Below the pieces are notes generated by a model, which did not search any database, was not told where the DNA came from, and saw nothing but the letters and a program-made list of their open reading frames with translations. Positions 1-10,444 of a stretch of DNA of 64,000 nt are shown in pieces (position 1 is the first letter of the stretch; each line of letters starts with the position of its first letter). The translations under genes were made by a program, and so were the position numbers. The DNA is from Candidatus Omnitrophota bacterium (GTDB lineage: Bacteria; Omnitrophota; Gorgyraeia; Zapsychrales; Fredricksoniimonadaceae), in NCBI GenBank assembly GCA_015228785.1, contig JADGCU010000001.1, positions 1,846 through 65,845 on the forward strand, in the 5' to 3' direction.

Positions 1-1296
1 CCTCCGAAGGATGCGGTCAGAATCGAGGAGATGGTCAATTATTTCTCTTACGATTACCCTCAGCCCAAGGAGGGAGAGCCTTTTTCGATTACAACAGATC
101 TGGCCACAGCCCCATGGAACGTGGCCCATCAGATTCTTCGCATCGGGCTTAAAGGACGAACACCGGATGTCACCAAGTTGGTGCCTAGCAATCTGGTTTT
201 TCTGATTGATGTATCCGGTTCTATGGAGAGTACTGACAAGTTGCCACTCTTGAAGGAAGGCTTCAAAATGATGGTGCGCCAGTTAAGGCCTGAAGACAAA
301 GTCGCTCTTGTGGTTTATGCAGGTAATGCGGGTAAGATTTTAGATCCTACGCCAGGTTCTGAGAAAGATAAGATCATTGCCGCAATCGATCATCTTCATG
401 CCGGCGGATCGACATCAGGAGGAGAAGGCATTCGTCTGGCGTATCAACTGGCCAAGGACACCTTCATTAAGGATGGCAATAACCGGGTGATCTTGGCGAC
501 CGACGGGGATTTTAACGTCGGCATTTCAAGCACCTCTGAGCTGGAGCGCATGATCGAGGAAAAACGGCAGGATGGGATTTTCCTTACGGTCTTAGGTTTT
601 GGTCAGGGCAATTACAAAGATAACCGGATGGAGACCCTGGCTGACAAAGGCAATGGGAACTTTTATTACATCGATAATATAAAGGAAGCCAAGAAAGTTC
701 TTATGACTGAATTGGGGTCAACGTTGTTCACGATCGCAAAAGACGTGAAGATTCAGATCGAATTTAATCCTGGGCAGGTCAAGGCCTATCGTTTGATCGG
801 TTACGAAAATCGCATTATGGCTAAAGAGGATTTTAATAATGACAAAAAGGATGCTGGTGAGATCGGGGCTGGGCACACGGTGACTGCGCTTTATGAGATC
901 GTCCCTGCGGACTCTACCGAAACCTTTGGAAACGTGGATGCCCTTAAATACCAGAAATCTGTGGAAGCCGTGAAAAGTGATGAGATGCTGACCGTGAAGC
1001 TCCGTTATAAGGAACCGACGGAGGATATCAGTAAGCTTATTACCAAAGTTGTTAATAAAGCTGATATCAAGGCTGAACCGGTTGGGGATTTTGCCTGGGC
1101 AGCAGCGGTCGCGGAATTCGGGATGCTGTTAAGGGGCTCCGAATTCAAGGGGCAGTCATCGTATGAGCATGTGCTTAAGGTGAGCAAGGCGAATGTGGGC
1201 GAAGACAAATTTGGTTTTCGAGCTGAATTTGTGACGCTCGTTGAAGCCGCACAGACACTCGCGCCGAGTCAGGCAGGGCAGATTAATTTTAAGTGA
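1..1296 (+). CDS. von Willebrand factor type A (vWA) domain protein, YfbK-like; 5' end cut by window edge
   Basis: The frame is open from nt 1 (PPKDAVRIEEMVNYFSYDYPQP, a vWA N-terminal module). It has a MIDAS DxSGS motif (LIDVSGSM) and ATDGDFNVG. Stop TGA 1294-1296 is followed by a terminator. Confidence 0.85.
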   Translation, partial: PPKDAVRIEEMVNYFSYDYPQPKEGEPFSITTDLATAPWNVAHQILRIGLKGRTPDVTKLVPSNLVFLIDVSGSMESTDKLPLLKEGFKMMVRQLRPEDKVALVVYAGNAGKILDPTPGSEKDKIIAAIDHLHAGGSTSGGEGIRLAYQLAKDTFIKDGNNRVILATDGDFNVGISSTSELERMIEEKRQDGIFLTVLGFGQGNYKDNRMETLADKGNGNFYYIDNIKEAKKVLMTELGSTLFTIAKDVKIQIEFNPGQVKAYRLIGYENRIMAKEDFNNDKKDAGEIGAGHTVTALYEIVPADSTETFGNVDALKYQKSVEAVKSDEMLTVKLRYKEPTEDISKLITKVVNKADIKAEPVGDFAWAAAVAEFGMLLRGSEFKGQSSYEHVLKVSKANVGEDKFGFRAEFVTLVEAAQTLAPSQAGQINFK

Positions 1297-1330
1297 TCTG
1301 GGTGTGGTGAGACGTAAGAAGTAAGACGTA

Positions 1331-1364
1331 AAAAAGGCGGTCCTTCTCGGGCCGCCCTTTTTTT
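1331..1364. terminator. bidirectional rho-independent terminator between convergent genes
   Basis: An 8-bp GC-rich stem (GGCGGTCC / GGGCCGCC, 1336-1356) is flanked by A5 upstream and T7 downstream. It sits between stops at 1296 (+) and 1382 (-). Confidence 0.8.
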
Positions 1365-1381
1365 AAATAAATTCTGCCGTT

Positions 1382-2827
1382 TTACGTCTGACCTTTTCTT
1401 GTCAGTTTCTTCCAAAAATAATCCATGAACGCGCCCAAGCCGTATATTTTTCTTAGAAAATCTCCCCATGAGCGGATCGAGATCAACATGCGCCACATTT
1501 GTTTGGGGCGCAGGTAGAACTCCTTGAGGCCAATATCAATTAGCTCATCGATTTCCTTGTTCGATAGTTGCGGATAGGAGAGAAGTGTTTTTTGTTCCCC
1601 CTCAGCGGTCAGCCAGTCAGCCCAGTCTTTTCCTAATAAATAGCCGTGCTCTTTGGCCCATTTGTAAAGGACGGTCCCCGGATAGGTTGCGATCCCTGTA
1701 ATTTGCATGGTATCCAGCGGCATGGACTTGGCGTATTCGATGGTAGCGCGTGCGCTCTGTCGTGTCTCTCCAGGGGCGCCGATCATGAAGCATCCGTGAA
1801 GGGTGAAGCCTAATTCATGTGCCCGCTGGCTAAATCGTTTGCCCATGTTAACAGTGACGCCGCCTTTCCTGACAGCGCGTAAGGCCTCATCCGTCCCGAA
1901 TTCATACCCGACCATCAGCATGCGGCAGTTGGCTTTTTTCATTAGAGGAAGAATATCAAGATCCACATTGATCCTGACATTACACGACCAACTGATCTTT
2001 TGATGAAGCCCCCGGCGCATGATCTCCTCGCAAACCTCTTTGACGTGGGTGGGGTCAGCCGTAAAAGTATCGGTTTCAAACATGATCTCCCGGATCTGGG
2101 GGAAGAGTTTTAAGTCGTATTCCATTTCATCTACGACCTGTTTTGCGGAACGAGTGCGCAACCGGTAACCGTACATGAGTTGCGGATCACGACAAAAGGT
2201 GCAGGCATTGTTGCATCCCCTCCCCGTAAAGAGAGTCAAAAAAGGATATTTTTTCCCGGCATCCGGATACCATTCGGGCTTAATGAGATGCCAAGCTGGA
2301 AAAGGAAGTTCGTTGACATCTACAGGAGGTTGTGAGGGATTTACGATCGTTTCTTTGCCGTTATGCCAGATCAGACCTGGAACAGATTGGGGAGGCATGC
2401 CGTTGGCTATGTCCCGAAGCGTGTAGTCATATTCACCCGGGAAGATATAATCTATGGCGTTTTTACTGATTTCAAAGGTATTGTGTGGTTCGGCAGATAC
2501 GTGTTGGCCGACAAAAGCGATCTTGCACCTGTTTTGTTCTTTAATGACGCGAGCCTGTTCAATGTCTGCATAAATAGACGGTGTTGTAGCGTGAATTAAA
2601 AGAAGCTCGGGTTTAAAATTACGAACAATTTCAAAAGATTGTTCAGGTGTGAAATTGCGCGCAGCCGCTTCTATAAAGATGACATCATGCCCCGCATCTA
2701 TAAGAACTTGAGCCGCGATCAGGAGGTAATCCGGATGCCGCTGGACCCGTCCGCGCGACTTGGCAGACCATCGTGCCACACGGACAAAGTTTTCTCCGAA
2801 CGAAGGATTAAGAATGGCGATTTTCAT
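1382..2827 (-). CDS. B12-binding domain radical SAM protein (class B)
   Basis: It has an N-terminal cobalamin-binding-like Rossmann segment (MKIAILNPS...DVIFIEAAA), a radical SAM cluster motif CNNACTFC, and a C-terminal helical extension typical of this class. Confidence 0.85.
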   Translation of the reverse strand: MKIAILNPSFGENFVRVARWSAKSRGRVQRHPDYLLIAAQVLIDAGHDVIFIEAAARNFTPEQSFEIVRNFKPELLLIHATTPSIYADIEQARVIKEQNRCKIAFVGQHVSAEPHNTFEISKNAIDYIFPGEYDYTLRDIANGMPPQSVPGLIWHNGKETIVNPSQPPVDVNELPFPAWHLIKPEWYPDAGKKYPFLTLFTGRGCNNACTFCRDPQLMYGYRLRTRSAKQVVDEMEYDLKLFPQIREIMFETDTFTADPTHVKEVCEEIMRRGLHQKISWSCNVRINVDLDILPLMKKANCRMLMVGYEFGTDEALRAVRKGGVTVNMGKRFSQRAHELGFTLHGCFMIGAPGETRQSARATIEYAKSMPLDTMQITGIATYPGTVLYKWAKEHGYLLGKDWADWLTAEGEQKTLLSYPQLSNKEIDELIDIGLKEFYLRPKQMWRMLISIRSWGDFLRKIYGLGAFMDYFWKKLTRKGQT

Positions 2828-2945
2828 GGATGACTATCCTAAACGTAAGTGCCTTTCTTTTCAATCCCAAAGTTCTTTGTTTGGGGATTTCTCTTGTGGA
2901 TTAGAATAAAACCATGTACCATCGTTTTAAATAAAGGAGGCAAGT

Positions 2946-3293
2946 ATGGGTGTAATGAAAGTTGTTATTTTTTCGATTTTATTTGCGGCGGGTTCTTTTT
3001 TAACTGTTTATGCTCAGGAGGACGCGTCATCGAATGATGAGCAGCAAAAGGCATCAGATGCTCAGATGGCTGAAGATGAATCAACGCAGGATGACATGGC
3101 TGGTGCTGAAGGGGAAAATGTGCAGGATGATCAAGTGATAGAGAAGGAAGAACCCTCAGTAAAAGATGAAAAGAACGTTGAGGTTCGTGAGGCGATGGAT
3201 GATCGTAAGAATGATGAAGATGATGGCGATGACGAGGAAGATGATGAAGGCGATGATGATGAGGGCGAAAAGCCTTCGTCTCGGGAAGAGTAA
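2946..3293 (+). CDS. secreted, extremely acidic low-complexity protein (hypothetical)
   Basis: GGAGG lies 5 nt before the ATG. There is a signal peptide (VIFSILFAAGSFLTVYAQ), the rest is D/E-rich (DDGDDEEDDEGDDDEGE), and a terminator follows. Confidence 0.6.
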   Translation: MGVMKVVIFSILFAAGSFLTVYAQEDASSNDEQQKASDAQMAEDESTQDDMAGAEGENVQDDQVIEKEEPSVKDEKNVEVREAMDDRKNDEDDGDDEEDDEGDDDEGEKPSSREE

Positions 3294-3326
3294 TTCGTTA
3301 AAAAAGACTGAAAGTTTTTATTAAAA

Positions 3327-3353
3327 GGCCATCAGATATTGATGGCCTTTTTT
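3327..3353 (+). terminator. rho-independent terminator
   Basis: Stem GGCCATC / GATGGCC with a 7-nt loop, followed by T6. Confidence 0.8.
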
Positions 3354-3401
3354 CATTCTCTCTCATCAGTTTTGCTCTAATATGTTAGAATAAATTTTAT
3401 T

Positions 3402-3758
3402 ATGATCGATATTCCAGATTCTTTTCTTCCGCAAGATAGTAACGGGCTCGTCCTTTGCCCTAAGTGTAAAAGGGTTGCCACCTCATGTGATTGCCCGGTA
3501 TTTGATCCGATCGTTCCTAAGGGGAATCCTTTGAAGCCGATCATTCGTCTTGAGAAGTCTGGGCGAAAAGGAAAGGTTGTCACCGTGATTCAAAGGCTTC
3601 CTCGGGATGAGTCTTAACTTAAGAATCTTTCTAAAACGCTTAAGGTGAAGACCGGGAGCGGTGGAACGTTTTATGTGGAAGGGGAGTGCGGGGTCATTGA
3701 GATCCAGGGTGACCAGAGAGAGACTGTTAAGCAACTTCTCCGTAGCGAAGGATATTAA
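3402..3758 (+). pseudogene. yciH: translation initiation factor SUI1 / YciH interrupted by one in-frame TAA (3615-3617)
   Basis: The N-part (RLEKSGRKGKVVTVIQRL) and the in-frame C-part (KTGSGGTFYVEGECGVIEIQGDQRETVKQLLRSEGY) together form a full-length 118-codon SUI1 domain. Only one TAA separates them. Confidence 0.75.
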
Positions 3759-3759
3759 A

Positions 3760-4917
3760 TTGTCTAAGACAGGTCTTGTTAAATTGATTGCGACATCTAC
3801 GTTTGGCCTTGAGGCGGTTGTGAAGCGTGAGCTTGAGGCCCTGGGATTTACGGATTACGTCACAGCCGATGGGCGGATCGAGTTTGATGCTTCCTTTGAT
3901 GATATTCCGCGGCTTAATATTTCCTTAAGGACCGCGGATCGCGTGCTTCTTAAAATCGCGAAATTTCCGGCAGCAGATTTTGATCAACTATTTGACGGCA
4001 CGAGTGCGGTCCCCTGGGAGGAGTGGATCCCGAAAGACGCGATGATCACGGTCACAGGCAAGTGTGTGCGTTCGGTTCTCATGAGCGTCAGGGCCTGCCA
4101 GTCCATTGTTAAGAAAGCGCTTGTAGAGCGCCTCATGGCGCGACTCGCTACAAGTGATCTTCCTGAGACTGGCCCCGAGTTCATCGTCGAGATCGCGATC
4201 ACCAAAGATGTGGCCACGATCACTCTCGATTCATCGGGGGCAGGACTTCACAAGCGGGGTTATCGGCTGGATAAGGGAGAGGCGCCGATCAGAGAGACCA
4301 TGGCCGCTGCGCTTGTCCTTTTGAGCTTTTGGGACAGAGACCGGATCCTCATGGACCCCATGTGCGGGGCAGGGACCATCCTTATTGAAGCGGCCATGAT
4401 CGGCCGCAACATAGCGCCCGGCCTGAATCGTTCTTTTGCAGCTGAGGCCTGGCCTCAGATCGACAAGAAAGCGTGGGAAGATGCCCGCCAAGCTGCCCAG
4501 GCGGCGATCCTTCCAGAGGGCGGGCTTTCGATATTCGGCTCCGACATTGATCCCGAACGCATTAAGGATTCCAAGGCCAATGCCCAGCGGGCCGGCGTTG
4601 GGAAGGACATCACCTTTGAACAAAAGGATATTAAGGACCTGTGGATCGACCGTCAGTACGGAGTCATTATCTCCAATCCGCCGTATGGCATGCATATCGG
4701 GAGCCTTAAGGAACTCACAGAGATTTACGTTACGCTTAACAAGATGCTGAAGAACAAGTCAGGCTGGTCGCTGTATTTTCTGACGCCTGATCAGAGGTTC
4801 CCGGATTTTTTCAAACGGGGCAAGCCCGACAAGGTTCGCAAGCTCTTTAACGCTAACATTGAGGTCAATTACTATCAATACTTTGGTGAACGACCGCCGC
4901 GTGCTGAAAAGTCGTAA
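3760..4917 (+). CDS. THUMP-domain class I SAM-dependent RNA methyltransferase (RlmL N-half / YpsC-like)
   Basis: Motifs LIATSTFGLEAVVKRELEALG (THUMP N-terminus), DPMCGAGT (SAM binding) and ISNPPYG. I chose start TTG 3760 (GAAGGA RBS 7 nt upstream) over track start 3661, which overlaps the yciH C-part. Confidence 0.85.
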   Translation: MSKTGLVKLIATSTFGLEAVVKRELEALGFTDYVTADGRIEFDASFDDIPRLNISLRTADRVLLKIAKFPAADFDQLFDGTSAVPWEEWIPKDAMITVTGKCVRSVLMSVRACQSIVKKALVERLMARLATSDLPETGPEFIVEIAITKDVATITLDSSGAGLHKRGYRLDKGEAPIRETMAAALVLLSFWDRDRILMDPMCGAGTILIEAAMIGRNIAPGLNRSFAAEAWPQIDKKAWEDARQAAQAAILPEGGLSIFGSDIDPERIKDSKANAQRAGVGKDITFEQKDIKDLWIDRQYGVIISNPPYGMHIGSLKELTEIYVTLNKMLKNKSGWSLYFLTPDQRFPDFFKRGKPDKVRKLFNANIEVNYYQYFGERPPRAEKS

Positions 4918-4935
4918 AGCTTTTTATATCCTTCA

Positions 4936-4964
4936 TTGACGGGATTTCTTCATTTTCCTATAAT
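4936..4964 (+). promoter_or_regulatory. sigma70-like promoter upstream of acnA
   Basis: TTGACG, a 17-nt spacer, then TATAAT (4959-4964), about 50 nt before the acnA start. Confidence 0.5.
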
Positions 4965-5012
4965 GCTCCTCACACAAGCAGGATTTATTAGCCCTTTATG
5001 ATGGGAGTTTTT

Positions 5013-7790
5013 ATGAGCTTTGATAAAACAGATTTTATTAAGATGCTGATCGTGTCTGGAAAGAAGTATAATTTTTACAGTCTCGTGGCGCTTCAGAAGT
5101 CGCGGATGGGGAAGATCAGTTCGCTTCCTTTTTCAATCCGGATCCTTTTGGAAAGTGCGTTGCGTAATTATGACGATTATCAAGTCACTCTTACGGACAT
5201 CAAAACGTTAGCGGGATGGAAGCCAAAGAATGAGTTGAAGGAGATTGCTTTTAAGCCGGGACGCGTCATTCTTCAGGATTTTACTGGGGTGCCGTGTGTC
5301 GTTGATCTTGCTGCCATGCGCGAGCAGATGAAGCGGATGAAGGGGGATGTCAAGAAGATCAACCCTCAGGTGCCGTGTGATCTTGTTATCGATCATTCCC
5401 TTCAGGTGGACTCTTTTGGATCCAAGAAAGCCTTTGCAGATAATGTTAAGCTTGAGTTCTCTAGAAATGGTGAGCGGTATGAATTCTTAAAGTGGGGACA
5501 GAACACGTTTGATAATTTTCGAGTTATTCCGCCGGCCATAGGCATTATTCATCAGGTAAATTTGGAATATCTGGCAACAGGAGTATTGATAAAAGGTAAG
5601 ACGTTAGATGTTGGACGTAAGACGGCAAGCGTCTCACGTCTTACGTCTTACCCTGTGTTGTATCCTGATTCTCTCGTTGGCACCGACAGCCACACGACCA
5701 TGATCAATGGCATTGGTATTGTGGGCTGGGGTGTGGGCGGAATTGAGGCCGAGTCAGTCATGTTGGGAGAACCCTTGTCTTTAGTTATGCCGGATGTGAT
5801 CGGCGTTAAATTGACTGGCAAGCTTAGGGAAGGGGTGACTGCAACAGATCTGGTTTTGACCATTGTCGAAATGCTTAGAAAGCGCGGCGTGGTTGATAAG
5901 TTTGTTGAGTTCTTTGGACCTGGCATCAAAACGCTAAGCCTTCCTGATCGCGCGACAGTTTCCAACATGTGTCCCGAGTATGGGGCCACGATCGGTATCT
6001 TTCCAATCGACAGCGAAACGATCAGTTACTACAAACTCACGGGCCGTACTAAAGAGGCAAAACTTGTGGAGGCCTATTTCAAGGCCCAAGGCCTTTATGA
6101 TCCTTACAAAAAGGGAGAGCCGCTGTTTACGGATAAACTTGAGCTTGATCTGGAATCTATTGAGCCAAGTCTGGCAGGGCCTAAGCGACCGCAGGATCGG
6201 ATCCGTCTGATCGATCTAAAAAAGAGTTTTTCAGAGGCCTTGACCGCGCCCGTGGGTCATAAGGGCTTTGGTCTTTCATCTGAAGAGGCTGAGAAATCCT
6301 CGGCGCCGAGGGAATTCGTGGTGGCTTCCAGTGCCCAGGGATTGGGGGACAAGGATCAATTGACCCATGGGAGTGTGGTCCTTGCCGCGATCACCAGCTG
6401 TACCAATACATCCAATCCGTCTGTTTTGATTGGGGCCGGACTTTTGGCCAAAAAGGCGGTAGCGCGTGGTCTTAAGGTTAAAGGGTTTGTAAAAACTTCC
6501 CTTACGCCAGGATCTCAGGTCGTTGATGAATATCTTAAAAAGAGCGGACTGATGAAGTCGCTCGAAGCACTTGGATTTCACAATGTAGGATACGGTTGTG
6601 CCACCTGTATTGGGAATAGTGGACCGCTTCCCCAGGAAGTAGCCAGTGCGATCGAACAGGGTAATCTGATCGCCGCAAGTGTTACCTCAGGGAATCGTAA
6701 TTTTGAGGGGCGTATTAATCCCCATGTAAAAGCAAATTATCTCGCTTCCCCGATCCTGGTCGTGGCTTACGCGTTGGCAGGTACAGTTAATATTGATCTT
6801 TTTAGCGAGCCCCTTGGTTTTGGTCCTAAAGGTAAGGCGGTATTTTTGAAGGATATCTGGCCGAGTGAGAAGGAGATCAATGGCCTGATGAAGAAGTTTG
6901 TGACGTCAGCTATCTTTAGCGGGAAATACAAAAACGCATCTAAGGGTACTGCAGATTGGGCCAAGGTCAAGGCCAGCAGGGGAGACTTGTTCCCATGGCA
7001 TGCCAAAAGCACCTATATTCAGGAGCCTCCTTATTTCTCGGGCATGAGCGGGACACTTCGTAAGATCGAGGACATTAAAGGAGCTCGAGCTCTTATCATG
7101 GTCGGGGATTCCATTACAACAGATCATATTTCACCGGCTGGTAATATTTCGACCAAAAGTTCGGCAGGCCAGTATTTGTCAAGCCTGGGGGTTGAATCCA
7201 AAGACTTCAATAGCTACGGCGCACGTCGCGGAAATGACCGGGTCATGGCGCGGGGGACCTTTGCCAATATTCGCCTCCGCAACCTTCTAGCACCCGGGAC
7301 CGAGGGTTCCTGGACCACGCATTTTCCGGGGCACGAAAAAATGTCGATCTTTGACGCTTCCTTGAAATACAAGACTGCCGGCATTCCGCTTATTGGACTG
7401 GCGGGGAAGGAATACGGGACAGGATCCAGTCGCGACTGGGCAGCCAAAGGACCGGCGCTTTTGGGGATCCGGGCCATCATTGCCGAAAGCTTTGAGCGCA
7501 TCCACCGTAGCAATCTGGCCGGCATGGGCATTCTGCCGCTTCAGTTCAAGTCAGGAGATACGGCCTCTCTTTTGGGTCTTAAGGGAAATGAGATCTTTGA
7601 TCTTATGGGGCTGAATGAAGAGTTGAAGCCCAGGCAGGAGGTCATGATCCTTGCCACGGCCCCTGATGGAACGATGAACGAATTTTGGGTCACTGTTCGC
7701 CTGGATACCCCGGTTGAGATCGATTATTACCGTAACGGGGGCATCCTTCAAACGGTCCTTAGAAAGTTAAACTCAGGAAAAACGGGTTGA
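5013..7790 (+). CDS. acnA: aconitate hydratase A
   Basis: Full-length aconitase/IRP family: [19 protein letters not shown], the cluster cysteines [10 protein letters not shown] and CATCIGNSG, and the C-terminal swivel domain. I prefer ATG 5013 (GGGAG RBS) to ATG 4998. Confidence 0.95.
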   Translation: MSFDKTDFIKMLIVSGKKYNFYSLVALQKSRMGKISSLPFSIRILLESALRNYDDYQVTLTDIKTLAGWKPKNELKEIAFKPGRVILQDFTGVPCVVDLAAMREQMKRMKGDVKKINPQVPCDLVIDHSLQVDSFGSKKAFADNVKLEFSRNGERYEFLKWGQNTFDNFRVIPPAIGIIHQVNLEYLATGVLIKGKTLDVGRKTASVSRLTSYPVLYPDSLVGTDSHTTMINGIGIVGWGVGGIEAESVMLGEPLSLVMPDVIGVKLTGKLREGVTATDLVLTIVEMLRKRGVVDKFVEFFGPGIKTLSLPDRATVSNMCPEYGATIGIFPIDSETISYYKLTGRTKEAKLVEAYFKAQGLYDPYKKGEPLFTDKLELDLESIEPSLAGPKRPQDRIRLIDLKKSFSEALTAPVGHKGFGLSSEEAEKSSAPREFVVASSAQGLGDKDQLTHGSVVLAAITSCTNTSNPSVLIGAGLLAKKAVARGLKVKGFVKTSLTPGSQVVDEYLKKSGLMKSLEALGFHNVGYGCATCIGNSGPLPQEVASAIEQGNLIAASVTSGNRNFEGRINPHVKANYLASPILVVAYALAGTVNIDLFSEPLGFGPKGKAVFLKDIWPSEKEINGLMKKFVTSAIFSGKYKNASKGTADWAKVKASRGDLFPWHAKSTYIQEPPYFSGMSGTLRKIEDIKGARALIMVGDSITTDHISPAGNISTKSSAGQYLSSLGVESKDFNSYGARRGNDRVMARGTFANIRLRNLLAPGTEGSWTTHFPGHEKMSIFDASLKYKTAGIPLIGLAGKEYGTGSSRDWAAKGPALLGIRAIIAESFERIHRSNLAGMGILPLQFKSGDTASLLGLKGNEIFDLMGLNEELKPRQEVMILATAPDGTMNEFWVTVRLDTPVEIDYYRNGGILQTVLRKLNSGKTG

Positions 7791-7854
7791 AAATGCTTTT
7801 GAACGCGGTTACAATCATGGCTATGAAAAACTAGATGAAGATGAGGAGGCTGTT

Positions 7855-8361
7855 ATGAACTGTCCCGGATGTTCCCGTGCTTTGCGTCAGGTGTCTTACG
7901 AGGGGATCCTTATTGATACATGCGATGGGTGTGGTGGGGAGTGGCTGGATGCGGGAGAAATTTTGAAGATCAATAAAGCCCGCGAGACGGTCTTTGCTGA
8001 GAATGAAAAGTCTAAAGTAGAAGGCGCGCAAAAGGTTGTTTTAAAACAGGTGGCTAAGAATCAAAAGTCTTTGTCTTGTCCACGGTGCAAAGTCCCTTTG
8101 CAGACCCTTAATTATATGTATGATACTGGGGTTATGATTGATAAATGTTCCAAATGCAGCGGCATCTGGATGGATAATAATGAGCTTGAGGCTATTCAGA
8201 TCGTTGTGGAAGAGTGGGAAAAGCGGGATCCTGAGATAAGGGCTCGTTTTTCGCCAATCCTTAAAAAGATCCAATGTCAGACATCTGTAAGTATGGAGCA
8301 GGACGCTGGCACGGGCGCAAAGGGTTTTTTAAAAAGAGCCATGGTTTACAACATGTTCTAA
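7855..8361 (+). CDS. protein with two TFIIB-type zinc-ribbon domains
   Basis: There are two copies of CPxC...IDxCxxCxGxWxD (CPGCSRAL..CDGCGGEWLD and CPRCKVPL..CSKCSGIWMD), preceded by a strong GAGGAGG RBS. Confidence 0.6.
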   Translation: MNCPGCSRALRQVSYEGILIDTCDGCGGEWLDAGEILKINKARETVFAENEKSKVEGAQKVVLKQVAKNQKSLSCPRCKVPLQTLNYMYDTGVMIDKCSKCSGIWMDNNELEAIQIVVEEWEKRDPEIRARFSPILKKIQCQTSVSMEQDAGTGAKGFLKRAMVYNMF

Positions 8362-8370
8362 GGAGTTTTA

Positions 8371-9780
8371 ATGGGAAAAACAATGTATCAAAAGATATGG
8401 GATGCGCATCTTGTCCACAAAGGCAAGGGGACAGCGTCCATCATTTATGTGGATCGCCAGCTTGTTCATGAGGTCACAAGTCCTCAGGCGTTTGAGGGGT
8501 TGCGTGTTTCTGGTCGCAAGGTCCGGGCTCCTCAAAAGACCTTTGCGACCATGGATCACAATGTCCCGACCAAGAGTAAGGATCTTTCATTGGCGAGCGG
8601 CACTTCCCGTGTTCAGATGGACAAGCTAAGAACGAACTGTGCTGAGTTTGGCATTAAATGTTTTGATTTTAATGATGAAGACCAAGGCGTTGTTCACATC
8701 ATCGGGCCGGAATTAGGGATCACTCAGCCTGGCATGGTCATTGTGTGTGGCGATTCGCATACCGCGACTCATGGCGCCTTTGGTGCGTTGGCCTTTGGGA
8801 TCGGCACTTCCGAAGTGGAGCATGTCCTTGCGACCCAAACACTTCAACAGACGCCATCGCCCACAATGCTTATTAATATTGATGGGAAATTAAGTCCTGG
8901 CGTATCTCCGAAGGATATTATTCTTTATGTGATCGGAAAGATCGGGACGGCGGGTGCCACTGGATATGTGATTGAATACGCAGGGGAGGCCATTCGGGAT
9001 ATGTCCATGGAAGGTCGGATGACGGTGTGTAATATGTCGATCGAAGCCGGCGCCAGGGCTGGGATGATCGCGCCGGATGATACAACCTTTACTTATCTCC
9101 AAGGGCGGGATTTGGGCCCCAAGGGGGATGACTGGGTCAAGGCAGTCAAGTATTGGAAAACATTGGCCAGTGATCCGGATGCCAAGTTTAAGAAGACTTT
9201 GAAAATTAAGGCCAAGGACATTGCGCCGCAGGTAACGTGGGGGACGAGCCCCGGTCAGGTAACGCGTGTGGACGGGGTTGTTCCTGATCCTAAAATTATG
9301 AAAGATCCTGTTAAGGCCATAGCGGCCCAAAATGCGCTCAAATACATGGATCTTAATCCAGGCACAAAGTTGACGGATGTTAAGATTGATGTTGTTTTTA
9401 TTGGCTCTTGCACTAATGGACGAATTGAGGATATTCGGGCAGCGGCTCAGATCGTCAAAGGAAAGAAAGTCGCCTCTGGTGTTCTGGCTCTTGTCGTTCC
9501 GGGATCAGGACGAGTGAAGCGCCAGGCTGAAAAAGAGGGGTTGGATAAGGTTTTTGTTGAAGCGGGTTTTGAATGGCGGGAAGCCGGATGCTCGATGTGT
9601 TTGGCCATGAATGATGACCAGTTAAAGCCAGGCCAGCGCTCGGCATCGACATCAAATCGGAACTTTGAGGGACGCCAGGGCCCGGGAGGCCGGACACATT
9701 TGGTAAGTCCCGAGACTGCGGCCGCTTGCGCGATCACAGGGAAGATTACGGATATTCGAGAGTTTTTAAAGACAAAATAA
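8371..9780 (+). CDS. leuC: 3-isopropylmalate dehydratase large subunit
   Basis: [38 protein letters not shown] and CSMCLAMN. Confidence 0.95.
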   Translation: MGKTMYQKIWDAHLVHKGKGTASIIYVDRQLVHEVTSPQAFEGLRVSGRKVRAPQKTFATMDHNVPTKSKDLSLASGTSRVQMDKLRTNCAEFGIKCFDFNDEDQGVVHIIGPELGITQPGMVIVCGDSHTATHGAFGALAFGIGTSEVEHVLATQTLQQTPSPTMLINIDGKLSPGVSPKDIILYVIGKIGTAGATGYVIEYAGEAIRDMSMEGRMTVCNMSIEAGARAGMIAPDDTTFTYLQGRDLGPKGDDWVKAVKYWKTLASDPDAKFKKTLKIKAKDIAPQVTWGTSPGQVTRVDGVVPDPKIMKDPVKAIAAQNALKYMDLNPGTKLTDVKIDVVFIGSCTNGRIEDIRAAAQIVKGKKVASGVLALVVPGSGRVKRQAEKEGLDKVFVEAGFEWREAGCSMCLAMNDDQLKPGQRSASTSNRNFEGRQGPGGRTHLVSPETAAACAITGKITDIREFLKTK

Positions 9781-9829
9781 TAGCTCTGTGCTTTAGGTTA
9801 CAGGGCAATCAATTCTTAGTGAGGATATC

Positions 9830-10444
9830 ATGGAACCGTTTACAACACTGACGAGCATCGCGGTACCGCTTGACCGTTCCAATGTCGATACAGATGCGAT
9901 CATCCCTAAGCAATTTTTGAGAAAGATCGAACGCACGGGTTTTGGCAAACATTTGTTTCACGAGTGGCGTTATCTTGATTTTGAGGGGACGAAAGAGAAT
10001 CCTGAATTTATTCTTAACAAGGAGCCCTATCGCAGCAAGGCCAAAATTCTTTTAGCGCGTGATAATTTCGGTTGTGGTTCTTCCCGTGAACATGCTCCGT
10101 GGGCTTTGGCGGATTTTGGATTTCGCTGTATTATTGCGCCGAGTTTCGCGGATATCTTTTACAGTAACTGTGTTAAGAATGGGATCCTTCTTGTTCGTCT
10201 TAAGCCTGAGGAAGTGGATGAGATCTTTGCTGTCGCAGCTTTTGGCACAACAGGACTTGTGGCGGTTGATCTCGACAAGCAATGTGTGGGCGCTATGGGC
10301 AAGAAGTATACGTTTGAGATCGATCCTTTTAATAAAGAATGCCTTCTCAAAGGCATGGACCAGATCGGCTGGACCCTCCAATACGCAGGCCTCATCGATG
10401 CTTTTGAACAGAAGAATATTGTAGAGAAGCCGTGGCTGAATTAG
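9830..10444 (+). CDS. leuD: 3-isopropylmalate dehydratase small subunit
   Basis: [13 protein letters not shown] and [15 protein letters not shown]; it directly follows leuC. Confidence 0.95.
   Translation: MEPFTTLTSIAVPLDRSNVDTDAIIPKQFLRKIERTGFGKHLFHEWRYLDFEGTKENPEFILNKEPYRSKAKILLARDNFGCGSSREHAPWALADFGFRCIIAPSFADIFYSNCVKNGILLVRLKPEEVDEIFAVAAFGTTGLVAVDLDKQCVGAMGKKYTFEIDPFNKECLLKGMDQIGWTLQYAGLIDAFEQKNIVEKPWLN

Noticed and set aside
1308-1330. GACGTAAGAAGTAAGACGTAA, considered as a second copy of a dispersed repeat family shared with the acnA insertion.
   Set aside because: Only an 8-9-nt core (GTAAGACG) is shared. The same octamer also appears by chance in a terminator stem (32041-32049) and in GKT codons at 62841. 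That is too little to define an element, so I mention it only as a pointer.
3661-3759. The track's start (ATG 3661) for the THUMP methyltransferase, which adds 33 N-terminal residues.
   Set aside because: The extension overlaps the conserved C-terminal part of yciH in another frame and has no family similarity. TTG 3760 has a GAAGGA RBS and gives the canonical LIATSxxGLE N-terminus.
7791-7854. A possible promoter, leader or riboswitch upstream of the zinc-ribbon-leuCD-ilvD-aroC run.
   Set aside because: I found only a weak TTGAAC-17-TATGAA match. The spacer is too short for a T-box or leader-peptide attenuator, and no terminator/antiterminator pair is visible.
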